Shown: positions 18,290-27,166 of the stretch, one piece after another
How positions within the stretch are numbered: position 1 is the stretch's first letter
Layout of the letters: each line of letters opens with the position of its first letter
Assembly: GCA_963792785.1 (NCBI GenBank)
Contig: CAWBXO010000004.1
Coordinates: 1,282,278-1,346,277, forward strand
DNA length: 64,000 nucleotides
From: an uncultured Acidobacteriota bacterium
GTDB taxonomy: Bacteria > Acidobacteriota > Vicinamibacteria > Vicinamibacterales > CAVVIG01
Direction of reading: 5' to 3'
Translations under genes and position numbers: made by a program
The notes under the pieces: generated by a model
Told to the model about the DNA's origin: nothing
Database searches by the model: none
What the model saw: only the letters and a program-made list of their open reading frames with translations

Positions 18290-20694
18290 TGCGAAGGGCG
18301 TGGCGATCCATCGCGTCCCGGCCCGTGGTGGCGGCCGTGGCGATCGCCACGATTGCCGTCGGCCTCGGCGTGAACGCCGCGATCTTCAGCCTCACGCGCG
18401 AGGTCCTGCTCCAGCCGCTCCCCTACAAGAACGCCGACCGCCTCGTCCGGGTCTTCGAGACCAGCCAGGCGCTCGGCGTCGACGACGCCGGCGTCGCGCC
18501 GGTCCGCTACGCCCTCTGGCACCAGGGCGCCGACGCGCTCGACGACATCGCCCTCTTCCGCCGCGTCTCGTTCAACGTCGCCATCGGCGGCGACGCGCGG
18601 CAGGTCGAGGGCTTTCAGGCCGATGACCATTTCTTCCCGATGCTCGGTGTCGCGCCGGCGATCGGCCGCGGCTTCACGGCCGACGACGTGCGGCCCGGCG
18701 CCGACACGGTGGTGCTCCTGACCGATGGGTTCTGGCGCCGCCAGTTCGGCGCCGACCCCGCCGTCGTCGGGCGTGTCATCACCGTCGACGGCATCCCCTG
18801 CACGGTGGTCGGCGTGCTGCCGGCGACGTTCCGCATTTATCACGTGCTGAACCAGGAGCTGCAGCTGTTCCGGCCGCTCGTGCTGGACCCGACCGATCGC
18901 GCGCACTCGCTGAACGCCTACGCGACCCTGAGGCCTGGCGTCTCGATGGAGGCCGCGCGCCGCCAGCTCTCCGCGCTCTACGTCGATCTGCCCGGCACCG
19001 ACGGCATCTGGACCGCGGGCGTCGAGGGGCTGGCGGACAGCTTCGCCAACCAGTCGCGCGCGCTCCTCCTCGCGCTGCAGTGGGCGGTGGCGCTCGTGCT
19101 CCTCATCGCGTGCGCCAACCTCGCCAACCTGCTGCTCGCCTCGTCGGCCGGACGGCGCAAGGAGCTCGCGGTGCGGCAGGCGCTCGGGGCCTCGCCGTGG
19201 CGCATCGCCCGGGATCTCGCCGGAGAAACGCTGCTCATGGTGGCGATCGGCGGCGCGCTGGCGATCGGCGTCGCGATCGGCCTCGTACGGGCGCTGAACG
19301 CGACGCTCAGCTTCGACGACATCAACCGCCTCGCGCCGTTCCGCGTGGACGGCTGGGTGCTGGCCTTCACAGCCGCCCTCACGCTCGCCGTGGCCGCGCT
19401 CGTCGGGCTCCTGCCGGCGCGGGCGGCCGTCAGCCCGAACCAGCTGGACGCGCTGAAGGACTCGACGCACGGCGTGACGACCGGCCTGTCGCACCGGCGC
19501 CTGCGCCAGGCGCTCGTCGTCGGCGAGATCGCGCTCGCGGTGGTGCTCGCCGCCTCGGCGCTCGCGCTCACCCGCAGCGCGATCGGCCTGCAGGCGCTCG
19601 ACCGCGGCCTCGAGACCGGCGGGGTCATGACGGCGAAGGTGTCGTTCAACAGCCCGCAGTACGCCGACGCCGGCGTCCTCGCGCGGACCGGGTCGGCGAT
19701 CGCCGACCGCCTCGCGGCCGAGCCCGGGATCGCGGCCAGCGCGATCGTGAACTATCCGCCGCTGTCGCAGATTCGCGTGGGCGTGCCGCTCGAGATCGAG
19801 GGGCAGGCCGCGCAGCCGGGAGACGAGCCGGCGGCCGCGCGCTTCTGGGTGATGTCGCCGGGGTACTTCACGGCGGCGGGGATTCGCCTGGACGCGGGAC
19901 GCGACTTCACGGCCGCCGACAACGGGGACGCGCCGGGCGTGGCGATCGTGAGCGAGACGTTCGCCGAGCGGTACTGGCACACGGCCGACGTGATCGGCCG
20001 GCGCGTGACGGCGAAGTTCTCCGGCAGCCCCACGTTCTGGATCCCGCGCGCGCGCAAGGGCCCGCTCACGGTCGTCGGCGTCGCTGCGGACGTCCGCGAG
20101 GATCCGCTCGAGCGCCCGGCCGGCCCGCAGCTCTACCTTCCGTACGCGCAGAACCCGACCGTGGAGATCACGCTGATGGCACGCGTCGCGGACGGGCGGC
20201 GCGCGGAGGAGGCGCTCCCGGCGATGCGCGAGGCCGTGCGCGGCGCCGATCCGCAGCTCCCGGTCACCCAGGAGACGACGTTCGACGGCATCATGCGCGA
20301 GGCCTTCGCGCGGCCGCGCGAGATGGCGTGGCTCCTCGGCGCGTTCGCCGCGCTCGCCCTGCTCCTCGCGACGCTCGGCGTGTACGGCGTCATCGCGCAC
20401 ACGACGAGCGCGCGCGCGAAGGAGATCGGCATCCGCATCGCCCTCGGCGCCTCGCCGGGCGACGTGGTGGCGCTGGTCGTCCGGCAGGCGGCCGGGCTGG
20501 CGGCGATCGGCGCGGCGATCGGGATCGGGCTGACGCCGATCGCGCTGCGCTTCGCGCGCGGGCTCCTCTTCGGCATCGGGCCGTTCGATCCCGTCACCCC
20601 GCTGGCGGTCGCGGCGCTCCTCGCCGTTGTCGCGATCGCCGCCTCGCTCATCCCCGCCCTTCGCGCGGCCTCCGCACCCGCTCCGCGAACGTGA
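18289..20694 (+). CDS. ADOP family duplicated FtsX/MacB-type ABC transporter permease
   Basis: 801 aa with two FtsX modules (ACANLANLLLASSAGRRKELAVRQALGAS and LGVYGVIAHTTSARAKEIGIRIALGAS). The ATG overlaps the upstream TAA by 1 nt. Confidence 0.85.
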   Translation: MRRAWRSIASRPVVAAVAIATIAVGLGVNAAIFSLTREVLLQPLPYKNADRLVRVFETSQALGVDDAGVAPVRYALWHQGADALDDIALFRRVSFNVAIGGDARQVEGFQADDHFFPMLGVAPAIGRGFTADDVRPGADTVVLLTDGFWRRQFGADPAVVGRVITVDGIPCTVVGVLPATFRIYHVLNQELQLFRPLVLDPTDRAHSLNAYATLRPGVSMEAARRQLSALYVDLPGTDGIWTAGVEGLADSFANQSRALLLALQWAVALVLLIACANLANLLLASSAGRRKELAVRQALGASPWRIARDLAGETLLMVAIGGALAIGVAIGLVRALNATLSFDDINRLAPFRVDGWVLAFTAALTLAVAALVGLLPARAAVSPNQLDALKDSTHGVTTGLSHRRLRQALVVGEIALAVVLAASALALTRSAIGLQALDRGLETGGVMTAKVSFNSPQYADAGVLARTGSAIADRLAAEPGIAASAIVNYPPLSQIRVGVPLEIEGQAAQPGDEPAAARFWVMSPGYFTAAGIRLDAGRDFTAADNGDAPGVAIVSETFAERYWHTADVIGRRVTAKFSGSPTFWIPRARKGPLTVVGVAADVREDPLERPAGPQLYLPYAQNPTVEITLMARVADGRRAEEALPAMREAVRGADPQLPVTQETTFDGIMREAFARPREMAWLLGAFAALALLLATLGVYGVIAHTTSARAKEIGIRIALGASPGDVVALVVRQAAGLAAIGAAIGIGLTPIALRFARGLLFGIGPFDPVTPLAVAALLAVVAIAASLIPALRAASAPAPRT

Positions 20695-20715
20695 TCGTGC
20701 AGCCGTCGCGATAGA

Positions 20716-21276
20716 ATGCCGCCCGTGCGTTCCCTCTGCGTGTATGCCGGCTCCGCCACAGGCGCCCGGCCCGAGTATGCCGAGGCGGCGCGCCATCTGG
20801 GCCGGCTGATGGCCGCGCGCGGCTGCGGCCTCGTGTACGGGGGCGGCGCCATCGGCTTGATGGGCGTCCTGGCGGACACGGTGCTCGCGGAGGGCGGGCG
20901 CGTGATCGGCGTCATCCCCGACTTCCTCGCCTCGAAGGAAATCGCGCACGCCGGTCTCACCGAACTGCTCGTCGTCGAGACGATGCACGCGCGCAAGGCG
21001 CTGATGGCGGCGCGCTCCGACGCGTTCGTCGCCCTCCCGGGCGGCCTCGGCACGCTCGACGAGCTGTTCGAGATGCTCACATGGGCGCAGCTCGGCCTGC
21101 ACGACAAGCCGTGCGGCCTGCTGAACGTGGCCGGCTATTTCGACGACGTGGTCAGGTTCCTGGATCGGGCGGTGGCCGAGGGGTTCGTGAAGGCGCACCA
21201 CCGCGATCGCATTCTCATCGACACCGACGCGGCGCGCCTCCTCGACCGCTGCGAGTCTGGTAGGATTTCCGTATGA
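20716..21276 (+). CDS. LOG family protein (TIGR00730-type nucleotide phosphoribohydrolase)
   Basis: VYGGGAIGLMG and PGGLGTLDELFE motifs; 186 aa. Confidence 0.88.
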   Translation: MPPVRSLCVYAGSATGARPEYAEAARHLGRLMAARGCGLVYGGGAIGLMGVLADTVLAEGGRVIGVIPDFLASKEIAHAGLTELLVVETMHARKALMAARSDAFVALPGGLGTLDELFEMLTWAQLGLHDKPCGLLNVAGYFDDVVRFLDRAVAEGFVKAHHRDRILIDTDAARLLDRCESGRISV

Positions 21277-22055
21277 GACTGCTGCTCGCCCTGCCGTTCG
21301 TGTTCGCCGCCGCCGCCGTGTTCGCCCAGACGCCCGCGCCGCCCGACGTGGCCGCGCCGCCCGCCGACGCGCAGAAGACGCCGTCGGGCCTGGCGTCGAA
21401 GGTGCTGACGAAGGGCACCGGCACGGCCCACCCCTCGAAGACCGACGTGGTCACCGTGCACTACACGGGCTGGACGACCGACGGCAAGATGTTCGACAGC
21501 TCGTACGCGCGCGGCGAGAAGGCGACGTTTCCGCTGGACCGCGTGATCGCGGGCTGGACCGAAGGCGTGCAGCAGATGGTCGTGGGCGAGAAGCGCCGCT
21601 TCTGGATTCCGGAGAACCTGGCCTACAAGGGCCTGCGCGATCCGAAGGGCATGCTGGTGTTCGACGTGGAGCTCTTCTCCTTCGCGCCGTCGCCGACGAT
21701 CCCGCCGCCCGACGTGAAGGCGCCGCCCGCCGACGCGACGAAGACGGCGTCGGGCCTGGCCTACAAGGTGCTGCGGCCCGGCACGGGCACGCGCCATCCG
21801 GCGGCGACGAGCCAGGTCACGGTGGACTACTCGGGTTGGACGACCGACGGGAAGCTCTTCGACAGCTCGATCACACGCGGCGAGCCGGCGACGTTTCCGC
21901 TGAACGGTGTGATCAAGGGCTGGACCGAGGGCGTGCAGCTCATGGTGGAAGGCGAGAAGGCGAGGTTCTGGATTCCCGAGAACCTCGCCTACCAGGGCCA
22001 GCAGCCGCCGTACGGCTTGCTCGTGTTCGACGTAGAGCTGCTGCAGATCAAATAG
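21273..22055 (+). CDS. secreted FKBP-type peptidyl-prolyl isomerase with two tandem FKBP domains
   Basis: Signal peptide, then two copies of V.Y.GWTTDGK.FDSS...FPL..VI.GWTEGVQ.MV.GEK.RFWIPENLAY. The ATG overlaps the LOG stop (ATGA). Confidence 0.9.
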   Translation: MRLLLALPFVFAAAAVFAQTPAPPDVAAPPADAQKTPSGLASKVLTKGTGTAHPSKTDVVTVHYTGWTTDGKMFDSSYARGEKATFPLDRVIAGWTEGVQQMVVGEKRRFWIPENLAYKGLRDPKGMLVFDVELFSFAPSPTIPPPDVKAPPADATKTASGLAYKVLRPGTGTRHPAATSQVTVDYSGWTTDGKLFDSSITRGEPATFPLNGVIKGWTEGVQLMVEGEKARFWIPENLAYQGQQPPYGLLVFDVELLQIK

Positions 22056-22617
22056 CGAGGGCGGCCTGGATGTCGAGCGTCACCTTGACCTCGTCGCCGA
22101 CGACCAGGCCTCCGGCTTCAAGCGGCGCGTTCCACGCCAGGCCGAAGTCCTTCCGGCTGAGCGTGATCGTCGTCTCGAACGCCGTCTTCTCGACGCCCCA
22201 CGGATCCCGCACCGATCCCAGGTAGCGCACGGGCAGATCGATCGTCCGTTCCACGCCGTGAATCGTGAGCGGCCCGGACACGACGAATGCGTCGGGCGAC
22301 GCGCTCGTCACGCGGCGACTTTCGAACGTGATCTGGGGATAGTGCTCGACGTCGAAGAAATCCGCCGAGCGGAGGTGCGTGTCGCGATCGGCCACGTTCG
22401 TGTCGATGCTCGCCGCTTCGATGCGGAACGCCGCCGTCGACGCGGACGGGTTCGCCGGATCGAAGGTCAGCGTCCCGGAGAACTCGCGGAACCGCCCCGT
22501 CACCCGCGAGAGCAGGTGGCGCACGCTGAACAGCACTTCGCTGTGCGCCGGATCGATCGCGTACGTGCCCGCCGCCGCCTGTGTCGCCACCGCCGTCATC
22601 GTCTGCGTCTGTGCCAT
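22048..22617 (-). CDS. YceI family protein
   Basis: YAIDPAHSEVLFSVRHLLSRVTGRF.EF.G...., HGVERTIDLPV. A GAGGAG Shine-Dalgarno sequence lies upstream. Confidence 0.85.
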   Translation of the reverse strand: MAQTQTMTAVATQAAAGTYAIDPAHSEVLFSVRHLLSRVTGRFREFSGTLTFDPANPSASTAAFRIEAASIDTNVADRDTHLRSADFFDVEHYPQITFESRRVTSASPDAFVVSGPLTIHGVERTIDLPVRYLGSVRDPWGVEKTAFETTITLSRKDFGLAWNAPLEAGGLVVGDEVKVTLDIQAALAI

Positions 22618-22698
22618 GGTCGTCTCCTCTGTGGTTAACCTGTGAACGATTGACTAGTCATGTAATTGAGCCGATCGCGTCCTCGTGTCGCGGCTCGG

Positions 22699-23133
22699 TC
22701 AGGCATGCGCCGCCCTGGCGCGATCCAGGAGGGTCACCAGCGCCTGCTGGTCCGCCCGGTTCAGCCCCTTCAAGCAGCGTTCGGCGCTCTGGACCACCGG
22801 CACATCCAGCGTGTCGAGCAGGCGCGTGCCCTCGTCTGTAATCCGGCACAGGTGGCGCCGGCGGTCCTTCGGGCACCGCTGCCGCCGTACCAGCCCCTTG
22901 GCCTCGAGCCGATCCAGGAGCCGCGTGATGCCCGGCGTCTGCTCGATCAGCCGGTCCGCCACGTCGAGCGTCGGCAGCTCGCCGCCCGCGCCGCGCAGGA
23001 TCCGCAGCACGTTGTACTGCTGCGGCGTGAGCCCGTGCGCCTCCAGCAGTCCGGTTGAGAGCCGCATGAACAGGTCCGCGGTGCGGACGACGCCGATGAG
23101 CGCCTGCTCGGCCCGGGACGGTGTCGCCCTCAT
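22699..23133 (-). CDS. MarR family transcriptional regulator
   Basis: Winged helix LTPQQYNVLRILRGAG...VADRLIEQTPGITRLLDRLEAKGLVRR...DRR. The start is taken at ATG 23133; the track start is 23169. Confidence 0.85.
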   Translation of the reverse strand: MRATPSRAEQALIGVVRTADLFMRLSTGLLEAHGLTPQQYNVLRILRGAGGELPTLDVADRLIEQTPGITRLLDRLEAKGLVRRQRCPKDRRRHLCRITDEGTRLLDTLDVPVVQSAERCLKGLNRADQQALVTLLDRARAAHA

Positions 23134-23154
23134 GTGAATTACAATACCAATCAT

Positions 23155-23172
23155 TAATTGACGTGTCAAGTA
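23155..23172. promoter_or_regulatory. imperfect palindrome TAATTGAC-GT-GTCAAGTA upstream of marR; candidate MarR box
   Basis: 7 of 8 arm positions match, in an AT-rich patch 22 nt upstream of the marR start. Confidence 0.3.
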
Positions 23173-23203
23173 TTAAGCCGACCGCCCCTCGTGGCGGCCG
23201 GTT

Positions 23204-25726
23204 TCAGCGGCCCTGGCGCGGCCGCTCGGGGCGACGGCCTCCCGACGGCCGGCCCGATCCGGGGCCGGGGCCGGAGGCCGCGCCGGCCTTGCTGAAGATC
23301 AGCCGGCAGGCGCGATCGAAGCGTTCGGCGAGCGGACGACGGGCGGCGTCGGGCACGCCGGTGACGCGCGTCCAGTGCGCCTGGATCTGACGGGCCTCGT
23401 CGGCGGCGGCGCGCCACCGGCTGCCGTCGTCCCCTTTGCCGCCGATCGTGTTCGACGCGAGGCGTTCTTTCAGCTGGCGGGCGAGCCGCTCGGTCGGCGA
23501 GAGCGCGGCGTCCGCCGCGGCGTCGCCGGCGCCCGACGCCGATGCGGCGAGCTGTTCCACTTTCTCGCACAGCGTCTCGAGGCGGCGGCGCTTCGTCTCG
23601 GGGTCGAGTTCGGTGCCGGCGAGCGCGGAGGGCCAGCGGGCGATCACCGCGCCCCACGCGGCGGCGTAGCGATCGTCGAGCGCGCGGTCGCGGCCGCCGG
23701 CGGTGTGCGCCTGATTCCAGCGCGTGTCGATGCCGCGCAGGACCGTCGCCAGGTCCGCGGGCGGCTCGGCGGCCTCGCCGGCCGCGAGCTGCTCGAGCTC
23801 CTCGCAGACCGCGGCGCGCGCCGCGACGCGCTCGGCATGGGCGGCGTCGTGCCGATGGGTGTAGCGCTCGAAGAACGCGTCGCACGCGGCGCGGAAGCGG
23901 AGCCAGATGGCCTCCGACCGGGTCTTCTTCACCGGGCCGATCGTCTTCCACTCGGCCTGCAGCCCCTTGATCACGGCGACGGCCGCGTCCCAGTCGGTGG
24001 ACTCGGCGAGCGCCTCGGCCTTCACGCAGAGGGCGTCCTTCTTTGCGAGGTTGTCCACCCAGACGGCCTTGCGCTGCTTCAGGTCGTCGTTGCGGCGGCT
24101 GAAGAAGCGATCGCATGCGGAGCGGAAGCGCTCCCAGACCGCCTTTTCCTGGCCGCGCGACACCGGGCCGACGGCCTTCCACTCGGCCTGCAGCTTCTTG
24201 ATCTCCTCGGCGGTCTGGAGCCAGTGCGTGGAGTCGGTGAGGGCCTCGGCGCGCTCGCAGAGGGCGATCTTCTGTTCGAGGTGGCCGGCGCGGCGCGCGG
24301 CCTGCCCGGCGAGCCATTCCTCGCAGCGCGGCCACACGCGATCGTGGGCGGCCTTGAAGCGTCGCCACAGGGCGTCGGCCTGGGCGCGCGGCACGTCGGC
24401 GGCGGCGCGCCACTGCTGCTGCAGATCGCGAATCGCGCCGAGCAGCGCCTCGGTGTTCGCTTCCGCCTCGAGCGCCTCCATCTTCGCGCACAGCTGTTCC
24501 TGCATGCCGGCGTTGACGAAGCGCTGCCAGTCGGCGGCTTCACGCAGCTCGAGTGTCCGCGGCGAGAGCAGGGCCTGCGCGGCCTCGAGGCGGCGGTGGA
24601 GCTCGGTGTGATCGTCGCGCGTCGGCAGCGGGGGCATCTGCGCGAGCGCGGCACGGACGTCGCGCAGCACGCGCTCGGCGGCTTTCAGGGTGAGATCCGT
24701 CTTCGCCGCGAGCGACTCGGCGCGCAGCGCGAGGTTGCGCAGCCGCGCCAGCGCGTCGCGCCGGTTCCGGGCGTCGGTCTCGGCCTGCGCGGCGTCGTCC
24801 GCGGCGGTGGTGTCCGCAGCGGCCGTCTCGACGGCGGGCGCCGGGGCGGCGGCGGGCTCGGCGGCCGGCGCCGGCTCGGGCACGACTGCGGCTTCTTGCA
24901 CGGGCACGTCCTCGATCTTCGGTTCGTCAGCCGTCACGTCACTCACCTGCACGTCGGGTTCGGGGGCGGCCGCCGCGCGGACCGCGTCTTCGCGGGCACG
25001 GGCGTCCACGGCTCGGGCGGCTTCCTCGATCTGGCGCGCTTCGGCGGCCGCGGCCTCGCGCGCCCGCGCCTCGGCGGCGGCGCGCTCCTCGATCTCCCGG
25101 AGCCGCCCGCGCGCGCGCTTCGCCGCGTTCTTGTTGGTCGCGTGCGCCGCCACCTGCTCGAGATCCGCCGGCTCGGCGAGCCGGTCGAGCGCGGCGAGCG
25201 CCGAGTCGCGGAACTCGCTGTTCATGGCCACGGCGACGATGTCGGCGCGATCCTGCAGACCGTCGAGCGCGGCCTGCCGCACCGCCTCGAGCGCCGCGTG
25301 CCGCGCGATCGAGCCGCGCCCGTGCGGCTCGTCGATGCGCGCGAGCGCGGCGAGCGCGGCGCTCTCGCGGAGGGCGCCCTTGGCGACCGCCGTGAGGGCC
25401 TTCACGTCGGCGAGCGCGGCCACCGCCGCGAGGCTGTCGGCCTCGCTCACGTCCTCGAACACCTCGAGCGCGATGTCGCGCAGCATGGCGATTGCCCGGG
25501 CGCGCACGTCCTCGTCCGCCTCGGCGGACACAACGGCCGCCAGCGCGGCCGGGTCGAGCAGCTTCACGACGGCCGCCGCCCGCACGCGCGGGTCCTCGTC
25601 CTCGCGCGCCACTTCGGCGAGGAGCGCGCGATCCTCGAGCGGCACCTCTTCGACGAACGCGAGGCGGACCGCCGCGTCGGGATGCTTATGCGGGGAGCTG
25701 GTGCGAAACCGATCGAGGAGCGTCAT
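23204..25726 (-). CDS. DUF349 repeat protein with an N-terminal HEAT-like repeat region
   Basis: 840 aa. N-terminal repeated D..VR.AA. Central Ala/Glu-rich linker. At least four repeats of the pattern LQ.EWK..GPV.......W.RF..ACD.FF.R. Confidence 0.75.
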   Translation of the reverse strand: MTLLDRFRTSSPHKHPDAAVRLAFVEEVPLEDRALLAEVAREDEDPRVRAAAVVKLLDPAALAAVVSAEADEDVRARAIAMLRDIALEVFEDVSEADSLAAVAALADVKALTAVAKGALRESAALAALARIDEPHGRGSIARHAALEAVRQAALDGLQDRADIVAVAMNSEFRDSALAALDRLAEPADLEQVAAHATNKNAAKRARGRLREIEERAAAEARAREAAAAEARQIEEAARAVDARAREDAVRAAAAPEPDVQVSDVTADEPKIEDVPVQEAAVVPEPAPAAEPAAAPAPAVETAAADTTAADDAAQAETDARNRRDALARLRNLALRAESLAAKTDLTLKAAERVLRDVRAALAQMPPLPTRDDHTELHRRLEAAQALLSPRTLELREAADWQRFVNAGMQEQLCAKMEALEAEANTEALLGAIRDLQQQWRAAADVPRAQADALWRRFKAAHDRVWPRCEEWLAGQAARRAGHLEQKIALCERAEALTDSTHWLQTAEEIKKLQAEWKAVGPVSRGQEKAVWERFRSACDRFFSRRNDDLKQRKAVWVDNLAKKDALCVKAEALAESTDWDAAVAVIKGLQAEWKTIGPVKKTRSEAIWLRFRAACDAFFERYTHRHDAAHAERVAARAAVCEELEQLAAGEAAEPPADLATVLRGIDTRWNQAHTAGGRDRALDDRYAAAWGAVIARWPSALAGTELDPETKRRRLETLCEKVEQLAASASGAGDAAADAALSPTERLARQLKERLASNTIGGKGDDGSRWRAAADEARQIQAHWTRVTGVPDAARRPLAERFDRACRLIFSKAGAASGPGPGSGRPSGGRRPERPRQGR

Positions 25727-26261
25727 GACGTGGAATACCCAGTTCGGCCAGCCTGGCCGCCACGGCCGGGCCCGAAGTCGCCGGATTCACCCGGCGATCG
25801 ACGTCGAGGATGCGGCCGTCGGCGCCGATGTAAAACGTCCAGCGCGCCGCGAATCCGGACGGCCGTAAGACGCCGTAGGCGCGCGCCGCGGTGCCGCCCG
25901 GATCGCTCAGAATCGGGAACGTCGCGCCGAGGGCGCGCGCGAACTTTGCGTTGTCCTCCGGCCGATCAACGCTGGCGGCCACGTATCTTACGTTGAACGG
26001 CGCGAGTTCGGCGCTGCTCGCGCCCACAGATTTGCACTGCACGGTGCACCCGGGCGTGAAGGCCTTCGGAAACCAAGCAAGGACAACGGCTTGCCGCCGA
26101 TCCAAAAAATCGGCCAGCCGGTAAATTTCCTGATCCGGCCCCCACAGTTCGAAGGCCGGCGCCGGATCGCCCGGCCGCAGGTCCACGACGGGACCGCCGC
26201 GCGGCGCGAAAAGCGTCCTGAACAGCCCGACGGCAATCGCCTTCAGCGTGGCCAGGATCAT
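25686..26261 (-). CDS. peroxiredoxin (AhpC/TSA/BCP-like), secreted or membrane-anchored
   Basis: ATG 26261 gives MILATLKAIAVGLF. Catalytic motif WFPKAFTPGCT. The 3' end overlaps the DUF349 start by 41 nt. Confidence 0.8.
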   Translation of the reverse strand: MILATLKAIAVGLFRTLFAPRGGPVVDLRPGDPAPAFELWGPDQEIYRLADFLDRRQAVVLAWFPKAFTPGCTVQCKSVGASSAELAPFNVRYVAASVDRPEDNAKFARALGATFPILSDPGGTAARAYGVLRPSGFAARWTFYIGADGRILDVDRRVNPATSGPAVAARLAELGIPRHDAPRSVSHQLPA

Positions 26262-26272
26262 TGACCGCCCTT

Positions 26273-26312
26273 CCGCATTCCTGCATTCTTGCATTTCCGC
26301 CTTCGTGCATTT
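26273..26312. repeat. degenerate CTGCATTC octamer array (third copy of the GCAGGAAT family)
   Basis: ccgcattc ctgcattc ttgcattt ... gtgcattt fills most of the 43-bp spacer between the divergent peroxiredoxin and Nudix starts. Confidence 0.7.
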
Positions 26313-26952
26313 CACCGATCTCATCGCCCGCCTCGACGCGGGACTGACCCGCCCCCTGCCCGGCCCCGCGGCGCACGCGATTGCCGAGCCGCGGCCACGG
26401 CGCGCGGCCGAGTCGGCCGACGCGCTGCCCCTGCGCGACGCGGCGGGCCTCGCGCTCGTCTGCCCGATCGACGGCCAGGCCCATCTGGTCCTCACCGTGC
26501 GGCACGCCGGGCTGGGGCGCCACGCCGGCCAGGTGTCCTTCCCCGGCGGCGTGGTCGATCCCGGCGAGACGTTCGAGGCGGCGGCGCTCCGGGAAGCGCA
26601 CGAGGAAATCGCCCTCCCCCCGGACGCCGCGCGCGTCCTCGGCCGGCTCACCCCGATCGACATCGCCGTCTCCGGCTTCCGCCTCCACCCCATCGTCGCC
26701 GCCACGGACGCGCGGCCGGTGCTGGTGCCCGCCGACGCGGAAGTGGAGCAGATTCTTGAGGTTGCCTTCGACGAGCTGACCGATCCCGGGCGGCTGCGCC
26801 TCACCGAGCGGCGGCGGGGCGCGCTGGTCGTCGAGGCGCCCGCCTTCCTGGTCGGGGGCGTGGACCTCTGGGGCGCCACGGCCATGGCCGTCGCCGAGCT
26901 CCTCGTCGTCGCGGGCTGGAAGGGGCGCCGGCCAGGGCGATCTCCGGCGTGA
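26305..26952 (+). CDS. NUDIX hydrolase (CoA pyrophosphatase-like)
   Basis: Nudix box GQVSFPGGVVDPGETFEAAALREAHEEIAL. The start is set at GTG 26305 because the track start reads through the repeat. Confidence 0.8.
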   Translation: MHFTDLIARLDAGLTRPLPGPAAHAIAEPRPRRAAESADALPLRDAAGLALVCPIDGQAHLVLTVRHAGLGRHAGQVSFPGGVVDPGETFEAAALREAHEEIALPPDAARVLGRLTPIDIAVSGFRLHPIVAATDARPVLVPADAEVEQILEVAFDELTDPGRLRLTERRRGALVVEAPAFLVGGVDLWGATAMAVAELLVVAGWKGRRPGRSPA

Positions 26953-27166
26953 TTCCAGCGTGATCATGAATTCGTGCACGAACTGCACGCGATGCTCGTC
27001 ACGGCGCAGTAAACGTCCTTAAGAGACACATGATGACGACCATTTCGTACCGAAAATACACGAAATCAGAGATAATGCAGACGTCGGCGTCGGCGCGCTA
27101 TCATGCGCATTCCTAACCGGAGTTCCGCACGCCATATTGTTCGGTTGACGCCAAAAGGGGGACGCG

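Noticed and set aside
17935-21201. 1088-aa minus-strand ORF
   Set aside because: It is antisense to the ADOP permease and LOG genes, both of which carry diagnostic motifs. Its composition is Arg/Glu/Asp/Gly-rich (RDRRQPDPDRRADRRQPGRLPDDQRHH). It is a shadow ORF.
26953-27166. Glutamine riboswitch or sigma-54 promoter upstream of glnN
   Set aside because: I could not find the conserved CGUUCA...GGAAGUAGG...AAGGAACG core, nor a TGGCAC-N5-TTGC element, by eye.
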